Assembly (NCBI RefSeq): GCF_009914755.1
Contig: NC_060928.1
Strand: one strand, 5' to 3'
DNA length: 64,000 nucleotides
Source of the DNA: the human T2T-CHM13v2.0 reference genome, Homo sapiens
Each line of letters begins with the position of its first letter. The first letter of the stretch is position 1. A program made the translations under genes and the position numbers. Below are positions 1-12,611 of this stretch, one piece after another. Below the pieces are notes generated by a model, which saw nothing but the letters and a program-made list of their open reading frames with translations, did no database searches and was not told the DNA's origin.

Positions 1-169
1 TTCTGGAGACAGTGTCAGAACAGTACAGACAAGATTCACAACTACAGAGCAAAACTGTTGTTAATAACTTGTCACTATAAAGCGCTGTCCATGTAGCATT
101 GCATGCCTTTTTCCTTTTTTTCCCAAGTTTCTAATGCTACCCGAGTGCAACCACTTTTAGCAGAGAACA

Positions 170-1110
170 AGTCCCATCTTATGGAGAAATCAAGACCATT
201 AAGGCGGTGTTCCTTCATCCAGATGCTTCTCTAGCAGAGCTACTGTGGCTTTCAGACAGACTTTCACCTTTCCTAACATCACAGAGGAACATCTACCTTT
301 AATATTTTAAGGTCAAATTCTCTATTTGTGTTTGCAATGTCTATTTCCTCTCTCACCATTAGGATCTTGCTTTATCATTTATATTCTCTCTATATCATCT
401 ACTTTTTATATTTATTCTTTTATTCTTTTCAGAGAAGATAGGGAGTTCAAATAATGTTATAGGACACATGTGGATCTCCACTTTCCATATGCAAATACAC
501 TTTGATTCTCATCTACCTCTTAACTGTTCCTATTCAGCTTCTATAGGCTCCATTTTGTTCACTCTACCATTAAATTCTGATGTTCCCAGGGCATCATCCT
601 CAATCATCTTTTATTCTCATTCTACATCTGTAATTCATCAAACTCAGCATTTTAAGTTCTGCTATATATAAATCCAAATCTGTTTTCAGCCTGGACTGTT
701 CTACTTTTCTACTGCTTCCTGTACCTATATAATTATCCGCCTATGAGATATTGCCAACTGTATATATCAAAGCCCCCCTCAAATCAGCATGTCAAAAGTT
801 TTATTAACCATATTTCCACTCATTTATGCATCTTCTTTACTCTAAACAGTATCACTACCAGATTTGAAGTGAAACACTTGAGAACTGTTTTACTCCCATC
901 CCTTTCCTACCATATCCTACTAGTTCCTGCAACGTCTACCCCTTAATAGATTTCATTTCCTCCCCTCTCATTCCTGCCTTACCATAGGCTTCATGCTTTT
1001 ACATTTGTGTCACTGTAATATCCCCTTAACTGGTCTCACTTCCTTGAGTTTGACTGGCTTCCAATTTGTCACTCAATGCTATTAATAGAACCTCCCACTC
1101 TGATCACTTA
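170..1110 (+). mobile_element. L2 LINE fragment (degenerate)
   Basis: L2-like motifs, e.g. TCCAAATCTGTTTTCAGCCTGGAC and CCTCAAATCAGCATGTCAAAAG; pyrimidine-rich; boundaries approximate. Confidence 0.6.
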
Positions 1111-1560
1111 GGTCTCCAGTATCAGGTAAGTATCTAGACACTCATATTTTACTCTGTTCATCCAGTGATTCTTTATTATTAAAATGACCCTAAATATTAT
1201 AGATTTACTAAAAGCAAATTTCATGTGAATAATTAAAACAAAAAATATTTTTTATAGGAATCAGCATGAAACAATTTTGTGCCAAGATTAGCAAAATAAA
1301 TATATTTTAACAAAAGACAAATTTCTTGATCTTCCAAATGCTATAACTGCATTTGAAGTTGGCAGGTTTTCTTTTAGTAACTATTAGTCTCTAGAGGATA
1401 CCGAAGCAAGGTAACAATAGTTTTGTGAGAGCATTTTCTATTTTGACAGTGGAAACCAACTTTTCATGTTGGGATCATTCAACTTTTCTGTTGGGAACAT
1501 GGCATCCCTGGAAAGGGACCTTTGAAAAAAACTGTAATTCACTTTTTTCCAAACAGAATG

Positions 1561-2035
1561 CAGTGAATTCTGCTATAACATGACATATACATTCTTATAA
1601 ATCAACACACTGTGTAAAATCCTGCAATAAAACCACAGGGTTTATAGGGAAAATGAAGTGAAGGGCATGACATTCAAATACTTTGTCAGTGACTCCTAAG
1701 AGAAGATGTGAACTGAACAAAAATGGCAGCATAATTTTACCCATGTCAAATCATTAAGAAATACATGAATACAACAGTAAACATAACAGCTTACCTTGAA
1801 AGAAACCCTGAAGTTTTCTTGTGGGAGTGGCCATCAGAAGTATTATAAACGTGGAGTAAAATCAGTTCATGGTGGCTCATAATCAGACACCATCTGCTGA
1901 GGAAGCTAGAGATGTTTGAGGTGTGTGTATGCGCCAGGCCTATTTGGCCCAGTTTTTTTGCATTCACCTAGTGTTTCTTATGGATGAATATGTGAATAAA
2001 AATGTAAAATTCACATTATGGACAAGTAATCCCTT
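1561..2035. mobile_element. TcMar-Tigger DNA transposon fossil (Tigger8-like)
   Basis: Starts CAGTGAATTCTGCTATAACATGACATAT...AAAATCCTGCAATAAAACCACAGGG, matching a recalled Tigger consensus; the other terminus is not clear. Confidence 0.6.
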
Positions 2036-2969
2036 CAGAAGTTTTTTTTAAAAAATCACTTATTTGTTTACACTAAAAGAGGAACCTGTTTGCTACTTCT
2101 GTTTACATCTCTGGAGCTCAGTGACAAGGAGCTCCATTTGCAGACTCTGAAGTGGCCGGGTTTCTTCTATTAAAGCAAGATAAAAATCATCCAAGTTAAC
2201 TAAAAAAAAAAAAATTGCAGGATCACATTGACCTGGTTAACATGATTTCTCTTTACTTTACAAAGAAGAAATAAACAGTACTGTAGGGCTCTGCTTAATT
2301 TTCAGCATTCGTTCTGTATATTATTGAGAAACTCCTCAAGAATCACTTCTATACTCTAATTTCATTTTGAATTTGGTTGCTGTATATTAATATTTTAGGT
2401 TTCCTACTCATAGTTAACAGAAATGGCAGCCTTTCTGCATTCTAATGCAAAATATTTCCTCCATATTAATGATCTTTGGAACTATGATAGTAAAAGAAAA
2501 ATAAAACACAACACTGGCTCAAAGCAATGCATTAATTTTTTGCTTAATGTAAATTATTTTTGTGCTCTCTCAAGAATGAGTCACAGAATTCTTCAGAATA
2601 ACATAATATTACATTCAAACAGTGAAACTAGCTTTTCTAATATTCATTGTTATCCTCTTTGTTAGCACTGCAAACAAATACTCTGATGAAAACAAAAACA
2701 ATTTAAAGTTTACAAATAAAGGTGGTATAGAGAATAAAAGGAATGCTCTTTGCATTTTTTTTATCTTTAGCAATAAGAACCTAGACTTTACTATAAATCA
2801 CAATTAAGTGTGGCTAAATTGTTTCAAACATAAAAATATCTTAAAGACAAATAAAATTTTAATAATGGCACTTTGAACTGGAAACCTGAATATTATATTA
2901 ATGGTCACGATCATTAACGATATCTTTACTTGGTTAACAAATATCTAGAGATAATTACTGCTTAGATAG

Positions 2970-3331
2970 TGATAAGTTTTGGCTGTGTCCTCACCTAAAT
3001 CTCATCTTCAATTCCCACGTGTTGTGGGAGGGACTCAGTGGGAGGTAATTGAATCATGGGGGCAGATCTTTCCCATGCTTTCTTTGTGATAGTGAATAAG
3101 TTTCACAAGATCTGATGGTTTTAAAAAAAGGAGTTCCCCTGCATAAGCTCTCTTTCTTTGTCTGTTTCCATCCACATAAGACATGACTTGCTCCTCCTTC
3201 TCCTTGCCTTTTGCCATGATTGTGAGGCCTCCCCAGCCATGTGGAACTGTAAGTCCATTAAATGGCTTTCTTTTGTAAATTGCCTAGTCTTGGGTATGTC
3301 TTTATCAGCAGCATGAAAATGGACTAACACA
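2970..3331 (+). mobile_element. THE1A solo LTR (ERVL-MaLR)
   Basis: TGATAAGTTTTGGCTGTGTCC...GGACTAACACA; perfect 5-bp TSD GATAG at 2965-2969 and 3332-3336. Confidence 0.95.
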
Positions 3332-3729
3332 GATAGCACAAAATGGATTACTCATTCTTAAAGAATAATCAATATATTAGTTAGAAAAAAATATAAAACT
3401 ATTTGAATATTCTTCATCAATGATTTTTTGTAATTTCTGACCTTGCTTATGGTATAAAGACTTATGACTTGGTGCCCATTTCCTTGGCAACAGACTTCTT
3501 AAAAACAAATTAAACATGCACAGGTATTACTAATTAGTCTATGTGTTTGTGTTTCTGCATTTCTATGCATAGAAAGGCATAGAAGAAAGATTCTATGATA
3601 AATTCACTGTTAGATTTATTACTATGATAGATTCATTGATCTTGGTTCAGACCCTATCAACAGTAATTTTAGGGAAGCTAAATGCTTATTTTAAGTAGAG
3701 ATATTAAAGTATTGTACTGCAATGAAGAA

Positions 3730-3925
3730 CATAAACTCTGGAGCCACTGAATAGCTCTGATACCATGAGTAAGTTATTTAGTCCCTCTGCATCTCATTTA
3801 TCTCATGTTAAAATGGGAATAATAGTGGTGCCTACCTCACAGGGTTTCTGCAAGAATTAAATTACATAAGGGATATACTTACAAAAGTGCCTGTCATTTA
3901 TTAAACTCCATGTGATGCTGTTAAT
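3730..3925 (+). mobile_element. MIR SINE
   Basis: MIR core TCCCTCTGCATCTCATTTATCTCATGTTAAAATGGGAATAATAGTGGTGCCTACCTCACAGGG. Confidence 0.75.
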
Positions 3926-4644
3926 GATGCAACCGATGAAGCAGATCAGACACCTTTCTCTATTGGCTCCGTCTTGAATCTCTGGTACATTTTGTTTTAA
4001 CATGAATGTATTATTCAGTTTCATTTTGTCTAATTATGACTTAATTTTATATTAAACAAGTTGCAGTGGAATGTTATAAAACAACAGAGCTACACCAATG
4101 CTGACACTGCTGGGAAATTATTTTATAACAAACACATCATGTAGATCCAAGCATACAGATCCTGTGGTATTAAACTAAAGAGCAAATAGTTTTACATTAT
4201 TTTCTTTATTAGCATTTTGCTTTAAGACTGAGCAAGTTTCATTTGCTAGCTTCAGACTAGAGTTATAAAACACCTACAGTCAAAAATCTGTTAATTTACT
4301 CTATCTTTTCTTCCAAATACCCCAAGTAGGCTTTGCCTGACCTGGGACAGAGGTGTAAAACACTTATCCTCTATTTATTATCCTGTTATCAAATACTTAG
4401 GTTGCATATCCATAGATGCAGGAAATTTTCATATTCTTGTAATAATGAATATGATGTTTTTCTAATAGCTAAAACAACTTCCAATGTCAATTTTGAAGTG
4501 ATTCAATAACCTTAAAAGGCTGAGTTAAGGCAAACAGGTGCCATGGGAAAATAAAAATAAAAAGAGGGGAAAGGGATGAGACTCTGTCTGCGACAGATTT
4601 TATTTTATTTTTTTCTGGCGATCTTTATCCCTTCTTATCCTGAT

Positions 4645-5172
4645 TCTATTATTTATAGCTGCATTAAAAAGTATCCCAGGCAAGAGGCATTTATTACCTC
4701 ACCATGTCTGTGAGTCAGGAATCTCACAGTGATATATCTGGGTGATTCAACCTTAGGGTCTGTGTCTTACAAAGTAGCCATCAAACTTGTTTGGGGCTGC
4801 TGTCATCAGATGGTTCAACTAGGTGAAGATCTGCTTCTGGACTCACTCACGTCACTGTTGGCTGGCCACAGAAGATCTATTTCTAAACGTACTCATCTGG
4901 GTCTCACTTCAGGGCTACTGCATGTCATGGCAGTGGCTTTCTCCAGATGCAAGGGATCTGAGAGAGGAAGAAAGAACCAAAGCACGCAAGATGGAAGCCA
5001 CAACCGTCTATAATCTAATCTCAGAAGTGATGTCTCATCACTTCTGCCATATTCTACTTATTACAAATGAGTCATTAAATCCAGCCCACACTCACCAAGA
5101 AGGTATTACACAGAGGCATGAATTCCAGGAGGTGGAGATTATGAGAGCCCCTTTTAGAGGCCACCTCTAACA
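4645..5172 (-). mobile_element. MLT1 (F/G/H-type) MaLR LTR
   Basis: Typical antisense MLT1 motifs CAAGATGGAAGCCACA...AATCTCAGAAGTGATGTCTCATCACTTCTGCCATATTCTA...CCAGCCCACACTCA; ends ...TAACA. Confidence 0.8.
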
Positions 5173-5559
5173 CTGAATTCAGTACTGTCATTCAAGCCGA
5201 TCTCAAACTTGTGTGCAAGAGACTGGGGAACTCAGGTATCTGTCTCTGTAAAATAATAATGGTATGAAGGAAAAAATTTTACTGAAATTCTATTCTTTAC
5301 CTGAAAATTCAGAAATTCAACAATGACAATAACAAAAAAATGCCTTCTCCCTTAGGGGGAAACATAGAATTTCTTTGTTAATATTTTAATTGTGACATCT
5401 GCTATTGGCTTTAAAATATCTCAACTTCATTGCATTGGAATTTAGAAGAAACAAGATGGCAAAGATGTGTTAAGCATTGTTTAACTGGATGATGGATACT
5501 TTCTTAAAGAAAAAAAAAGAAACTCAGTAAGTTACCACATCTAAGAAACTTAATACTTT

Positions 5560-6240
5560 CCTAGAATAATGTAATACTCCGGAAATATTTAAAGTTCTCT
5601 GTTTGCCTCCAAAATATATTTTCACAGTTGGTTAATTTAACCAGGACCCAAACAAAGATCCACCTCATTGATCTAGCTGAGTGTAGCTTATAGTGTTCTT
5701 TATGTTTCTCTATCTCCTATATTTTCTGTAAATTGCTTTTTATATCAAGACATTTGACTGGATTCAAGGTTCAATTGTGTTGGCAAGAATATTTCATGGG
5801 CAATTATTTGTATTTCCTATTCTATGACATCAGTAGGTGTGTAATGATGTCCAATCATTACACATTTTTTCAGGAGCTGTTAGCTTGAATAATACATTAT
5901 AAAATTCTCAATCAATGTTTCACCTAATTACTTTAGCATCATGATTATTTCCCAGATGAATTCTTTCATTCTTTGCTGCAAAATAGTGATTTTCTAATTA
6001 GATCACTTATTTGACATCTGTAAGTTAGAATTCTAAAATAATAATTCTTCCCATCTATTTGGTTTCCTTGAAATATAGTTTATACAAGAAAGGCAAGATA
6101 AACTATTGATTTTTCACTTTTATTGATCAATTTATCTAGTAATTTATTTCCCTAACAATTCCTGAAATTAATGAGAGGGTGTTCTGTATCATGGATTTTT
6201 ATACATTTGATATGTTTACTCCATTGCTTTGGTTATTATA
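5560..6240 (-). mobile_element. Old L1M (L1MC/L1ME) 3' region fragment
   Basis: AACCAGGACCCAAACAAAGATCCACCTCATTG resembles antisense L1MC/ME 3' UTR; T-rich. Confidence 0.5.
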
Positions 6241-6269
6241 AGCCTCTAGATCTCATAACTCTTTCCCTT

Positions 6270-6460
6270 ATTTTTTCTCAGTTGAGCTTATCATCATCTA
6301 ATATACTACATACTTTATTTATATCCTTTGTTATCTTTCTTCTCTACTAGAATAAGCTCCTTTAGAGATGGATTTTTTGTTTGTTTACCGTGGTACTTAA
6401 GATCTTAGAAGAGTTGCTGATACACCTTAAGTATTCAATAAATTTTTGTTGAAAATGGGT
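6270..6460 (+). mobile_element. L2 3' end
   Basis: CTACTAGAATAAGCTCC...AAGTATTCAATAAATTTTTGTTGAAAATG, the L2 terminal signature. Confidence 0.75.
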
Positions 6461-6487
6461 CAGTGACACAAGGCAGTCACCTGCAGA

Positions 6488-6545
6488 CTGTGTGTGTGTG
6501 TGTGCATGTGCGTGCGTGCACGCACCCACGCATGTGTCTGTGTAT
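6488..6545. repeat. (TG)n / alternating purine-pyrimidine microsatellite
   Basis: TGTGTGTGTGTGTGTGCATGTGCGTGCGTGCACGCAC. Confidence 0.85.
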
Positions 6546-6819
6546 AAAGATGGAAAGAGAAAGAGGGACACAGAAAGTGAACAAACTGCATTGTGGCCCA
6601 TTAACAATTAAGCACAAGATTTGAGCCAAAGATATGACTGTGAAGAAAAAGAAAAATCCGACAAATGAGTTTTTAAAAATATAAAAGAAAAAGAGTGTTT
6701 TAAGAAAGAGAAGGAAATGGAATATTAGGTATAAAAAAAAAGCTAAGAACCTAAGTACACTTTTCTTTTAGTAAAACCATTGAATTTGGCAGCAGGTTGT
6801 CAGGGCAGTCCAGGACTGG

Positions 6820-7130
6820 TTATTTAAGTCTTAGTCTATAGTCACTTCTTTGGCAACCTCATCCAAATCTTAAACTAAATACCGTATATATGCAGATGGC
6901 TTTCAAATTTATATCTCTACAAATACTGAAATCCAGACTGATCTGTCCAATTAGTATACTCAACTTCAATATTCCACCTAGATGTCTAATAAATATGTCA
7001 ATACTTCCAAAATTGCATATCTTCTCCCAACCCTGTAACCAGCCCTACCTATAGAATTATAGGAAAATCTATCCTTCTAATTGATCAAGACACAATTTTT
7101 TGAAATATTTCTTAACACTTCTATTTCTGT
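6820..7130 (+). mobile_element. L2 fragment
   Basis: TATATGCAGATGGCTTTCAAATTTATATCTC...ATTCCACCTAGATGTCTAATAAATAT. Confidence 0.65.
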
Positions 7131-7831
7131 AGCACCTGGAGGACAGACGGACAGAGTGTGTAGAAATTTAGATATCTACACTAGTTGGATTTCACCATAA
7201 AAACATCTCAGTTGTGGAAGGGAGCTTTCATCATGCCTTGGCCACTTCTCAAACACACCAGAAGAGAGTAGAAGGAAATAGAAGGAGAGAGTGACCCTCT
7301 CCACTATCCATCAGAGTCATATGAAGAGCATTTAGAAATACAGATATTGGGGTCCAACCTTGGACTTATTTTCAAAATTCTAGGTATGATGTCCAGGTTT
7401 ATGTATTTAAAAAACTATTATATATGTATGATATGTAGATATGGATTGAGAATTTGGATCTAACAAATTACCACTTGCTGTAAAACATCAGGCCACCTTC
7501 TTCCCTTGCCAGGATGATTTTCTCAGCATTGTCCTCATGAAATCACTTTTTAAATCAACATCGTAGAGTGGCTCCTTTTTGGACAGTGATAAGGCTAGTT
7601 TAGAGTAGTGGCCTTCCAAATTTTTGTTTATGTAGTTCCTAAATGACCTTCAAATATGACGTGGCCCCTCTATTTTTAAATGACATTTAAACATTTGTCA
7701 TTATAAATAAAAATTTGCAAAATGTATATTTAATGTTATGTAACAAAATTTATGTATTGATCGAACATCAAAAGTAAGTTAAAAATAAGCTGACAACTAG
7801 TGTCTCCTCATTGAAGGTAAAAATTACAAAC

Positions 7832-7975
7832 CAGTGTGTTTCAAACTTTAATGTGTATAAGAATCACCTGGAGATCTTAAAATTCACCTGTAGCATGGCT
7901 AAGAGTTTGCATTTCTAACAAGCTCCAGGTGAAACCTATGTGCTTGTGCACACTGTCATTAGTTGTCAGGCTATA
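7832..7975. mobile_element. MER5A hAT-Charlie MITE (internally deleted)
   Basis: CAGTGTGTTTCAAACTTTAATGTGTATAAGAATCACCTGGAGATCTT...TTTGCATTTCTAACAAGCTCCAGGTGA. Confidence 0.65.
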
Positions 7976-8339
7976 GAGCTCCTGATTGGCAGGAACTTCA
8001 TTTTCTAGTATTTCAGAAATGTAATTTCTCACATTGACTCCAATATTTTGAATTAATCCTTGGCTTAGTGCCCTGAAGGTGTGTATATTCTGACAGTGTA
8101 CTCTGGTAAGATTCAAGATGGATGTAAAATACACTTTTCTTTTAAAAAGTAAGAGAAGAGCAACTGTGAAAAGTGATACATCCATCACAGGTTGTTATCC
8201 AGTCTGATAAATTTTAGGATATAATACGTAAAGAAACTGAAGATCAGGAAGTTGATTTCTTTAAAACTCTGTCTACATACCTGTTAGAAAATGTCTGTGT
8301 AACACAAATGTACACATAACCTCTCCCTACTAAACACTG

Positions 8340-8535
8340 TTTATAGAGAGCACAGCATTTGGGTTCAGAGAGGTCAGGGCTCTGATCTGTGTGATTTGGA
8401 GCCCCTTATCTTCCTCATCTACAAAGTGGGGATAATAGATTTAACTCATCAGTTATGGAAAGGATAAAAAATATCACATGTAAAGTGCTACACATAGCAC
8501 CAACCTCATCAAAAGTGTTTCCCAATTAAAATTTA
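8340..8535 (+). mobile_element. MIR SINE
   Basis: CTTCCTCATCTACAAAGTGGGGATAATAG...CACATGTAAAGTGCT. Confidence 0.7.
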
Positions 8536-9734
8536 TTATTCTTCTGGGAGGGAATTTTAGTACTCAGAATTTGCGACTTTTCATTCACTATCCTTTCTCA
8601 ACTTATCTCTTATCTTTACCATTTTTGTTCCTGTATCCAACCTAGAAAATTTTTTGAAAAATTCTTCTTATAAGTATTGTCCATTTATTTCTCTGAACCT
8701 TTGTTCATATAATTCTTTCTAATAGAAGGAACAATTCTCTCCAACAATCTAAATTTATTAAATCTCAGGGTGCTGGGGACAGCATTCTCTAATTAAATCT
8801 GGCCCATGCTGGGAATTCACTTGGACTCCCTTAATACACATTTATTTTTCCAGTGTATTATGTGTTATTTTCTAAGGATTTGAATACATTACATATGCAT
8901 ATTTGTACCACTGCTAGATTATAATCTCTTTGAGGGTAAGGACTCTACCTTCTGTTTTTCAATTGCTTATGATACACAGAAAAGTTCTACTCACATAACA
9001 TGTTGAACTAATGTTTGGGGAATGAAGAAATAAATTTTAAATTATTTCAGAAATTTCTTGCTTAATTTTTGTCCACAAGTATGTATAGTAAATGTATTTA
9101 TCCTCCGATTTTTTTAAATAAACAAAGCCATATTTACCATCTACCAGATAAAATTTCCAAGAGAATCCTTGCCAAAAGCATGCATACTTGGTTTCAAAAC
9201 TAATGCTGTTTAAACCAAAATTCCAAAACAGATGAACAAATTTGTGTGAATAATGAAAATAAACTACCATATCTCCATAATCAGTGAATTAGGGTAGCCT
9301 TGGCTAAAGCCTTTTGCTTCAGAGGTAATTTTTTTTTAAAGAAACAATGTAAAATAAACAGCTTTGAGAAAGGAAGAATATAAAATTAATATTTCTCAAT
9401 CAAGAAAAATTACTATCCCAAATATTATCTGTGAAGAATAATCATTTTCTGGGACATGGATCTTCTAACATAGGAAAAAAGACAGAATGAAATGTTTTAC
9501 TTATTTCTGTTTCTGAGCTTCCTTGAAATTAAAAGCCTTTTCATTGTGCCGCAAAGAATTTGTGGATAAGGATGAATTTGCAGGTCAATAACAATTTTAA
9601 AATGCTATTTTATGTCTGTACTTGTGCTTTGTCTATCAAGGTTCAATAATTAAAAACCAAATAGTGCTGCAACTTTACATATTTTTATCTGCATTATTTA
9701 TTTTTAGGTAATCTGATTTACCATGTTTTGCCAA

Positions 9735-9905
9735 GTTTGATTTATTTAACAAACATCTATCTGTTGAGTATCTGCTAAATTAAAGCACTGGTCTAGGGGT
9801 TGTCGGGACTAAAGATACATACGGCATGATCCTTCCTTTGCAGGAAAGCCCCTTCAATTGGGAGTCACAGACATACACTGTGAATATTAAAATAGAAGAT
9901 ATGGG
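9735..9905 (-). mobile_element. L2 3' fragment
   Basis: ATTTAACAAACATCTATCTGTTGAGTATCTGC...AGCACTGGTCTAGG, the antisense L2 terminus. Confidence 0.55.
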
Positions 9906-12611
9906 GCGGGGAGAGGTCACGTGCTCTTGGTTCTGGGGCAGTGAGCTGAGTGAGGCTAGGGAATGACAAATGTCTTGTGTTCCTGCTGAAATGGAGGTGT
10001 ACCAATAAGGAAAAATAAAACTACTCAACCTCACTCTTGAGTGACTAAGTCTGTCTCGGATACTAAAGCAATACATTCTCTTTTTTGGACTCCTAAAATT
10101 AGCAATTAAGTATAATTTATCTCATTAGTTGACTCAATTGACCTCTCATACTAAAGAGCAAATGTCTCCTCCATTCACTAGAAATAACTCTGGTATTGCA
10201 AAAAATAGGATTTATTGTTTGACCTTAACAGAAAATCTTTTCTTTTTTCTCTGGGTGACATTTGGGATAATGATTTGACTTATTCTGGTTTTTTAGCAAT
10301 TACATCTTCTGATTTAACTTTTTCTCCTCATCTGAAGTTAGAAGAGATAGTAACTTTTCACAGGACTCTAACTTCAAAACAGGTGGTTTAGTTGTCAACT
10401 ATTAAAATTGATTATACCCATTTAACTACTATAAACAGAGACTGTAAAACAAAAAGCCTCAAACAGAACACAGAATTTTTAATTTGGAAAGTTGCTGCTA
10501 CATTAACTTGCTATGTAACTGTAGCATGCAAAGCCGTAACGTTTGCACAATAGGTAGTTTATTACTCTCAAGTTGAAAGACCAAAAGTGGAGTAACTACC
10601 CAGTTGGTTATTTGCAGAGTGGTGCGGAACAGTATTTGTTACTACTCTTACACATTCTCTTGTTTACAACCAAAAAGAAAGTAATTGCTGCCGTAAAACT
10701 CAGTCTCTCACAATCTGGAAGGCCTCTATAAACCTTGGGAAGGACAAATGTGTTTGGACCAGGTGTCGGTAGTGCTGTAGGGTGAGTGTTGGCCATCCAA
10801 TTTAAGTAGGTTATTGATATTGAATGGAAGTGGCTTCTTGTTGTATATGCCCTTTACCAATTATGATTGTTTACCTGAGAAATCAACAGACATACCTGCT
10901 GTTGTACTGCCCTCTTCCCTCCTGAATTACTTTTACTGCATATCTGCTTAGTCCAACGGAAAAGAAAAGGAAAATGTGAAAATATTCCAGTCTGGCTTTT
11001 AATTTTAAAGCTGCCAATTGACAACCAACATCAACTGGCTTATTTATTTCTTCTAAAGCTTATTATTTCTTCTAAAGCTAGTTAACAAAAATATTGAATC
11101 CTACTCGCTTTCTTCTCAGCTTGTTAGTCATGTATCTAGTGTGTTACAGCACTGGGTCTGTAATGCAAACATAAAGTCCTGGTCATAGTTTTTCTATAAA
11201 ACTATCTTCGATGAGCTTTTAACTTTACTGTTTATTCCCATATCAGCTATAGCGGAAATCTGAAGTTAGCTATAATGGAAGACAGTCTCTTTGTTTCTTC
11301 TCTCTCTCTCTCTCTTTTTTTTTTTTTTTTTTTTTGGCTCTCTTTGATAAGTTTAAAATAACTTGGCCCTAGTTTTTAACATAAAATGCGGTTTTTCAAT
11401 CAATGACTGGTATAGACACTTGAAAAAAAATTATGTAAGTTAATTAAAGACTGAAAATAATATATATTCTTGAATTTTGTTATTACAGAGGGTTTTTGCC
11501 TCCATTAGATATCAACAGAGCTGATCGAGTTTATTTTGGTGTTTCTGTTCAGTGTCAGCTGCTGTGTGTACTGTCTCTGCCTCACTCTAAAACGTTCTCT
11601 CCTTCCAGCCCAGTGCCTCCTCTCCCTGACATGTGCTACCACCACCTGCACAATTCAGAGAGTGCTCTTGAGTAACTTAGGATTCTGGGAGATGAAAGAA
11701 TACCACATTATTTGGAAGAAAACTTTATAGAATGGGAAGAGGAAATAATACAATAAAAAATAAAAACAATTTATAACTGTTTTAAAAGTTTCCTATTTTA
11801 TGCCAATAATATCAACTTGCAAGGAAGTTATAATAATGGGTTTTTGTGGGGTATTTATAGGTCATAGATTCTTTAGTTTTCTTACTTTCTATACTTATTA
11901 TTTGACTTTTAAGGGCCAATTGTCATTAATTTAATAGCTGTCTCATTCATAAATGTAGTACATAAGGGGAATTACTTTGAAAATTTATAAATTGCCATGT
12001 ATAAGAAAATAAGAAAGAAAGGCCTAATTGGTATTTGGATACACCTAGTAGGATCAACTAAAAAGCCAATTCTAACAGCATTAAAGCTTACACAAAAGTT
12101 TCAGTCTGTTTATACTAAAAAGTAGAAATGTATTATTGTTATTATTGATATGAGTATTCTATTTCTATCTGGGAATTTCAACAAGCTGACAGGGACTTTA
12201 TACAAAATAGAAAAACTATTTTTGACATGTGATAATATAAAAGGAAAAATAATAATACTTGGGACAATTTTTAGTAAACATAATGCATTGTCTTATGCTT
12301 TTTATTTATTAAACCATCCTACTTTATGAGCCCTAAGATTTATTTCATAACTGGTTGTGACAAATTCAGTTCTCAGGACTCTAAAAGGGTCTTGTGAAGG
12401 CAGGAGTACACTTTGAGTCCTCACCCTTATACCAAATTCAAATTTGCAAAATGGAATTTAATTATTGCTAATTTATTTAAATAAAATAAAGCTTTCAGAA
12501 TAAGAGTAGATTCTGGCTTGGATGATGAAGTAACATTACCCCCAAAAAATAAGTAAATAAAATAGTCCTAAATACGATTTAAGTTACCTAATTAATTTGT
12601 GGGCTTGTAAT

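Noticed and set aside
11038-11079. ~20-bp tandem duplication GCTTATT(T)ATTTCTTCTAAA x2, and a similar 15-bp duplication at ~51986-52017
   Set aside because: Ordinary replication-slippage duplications
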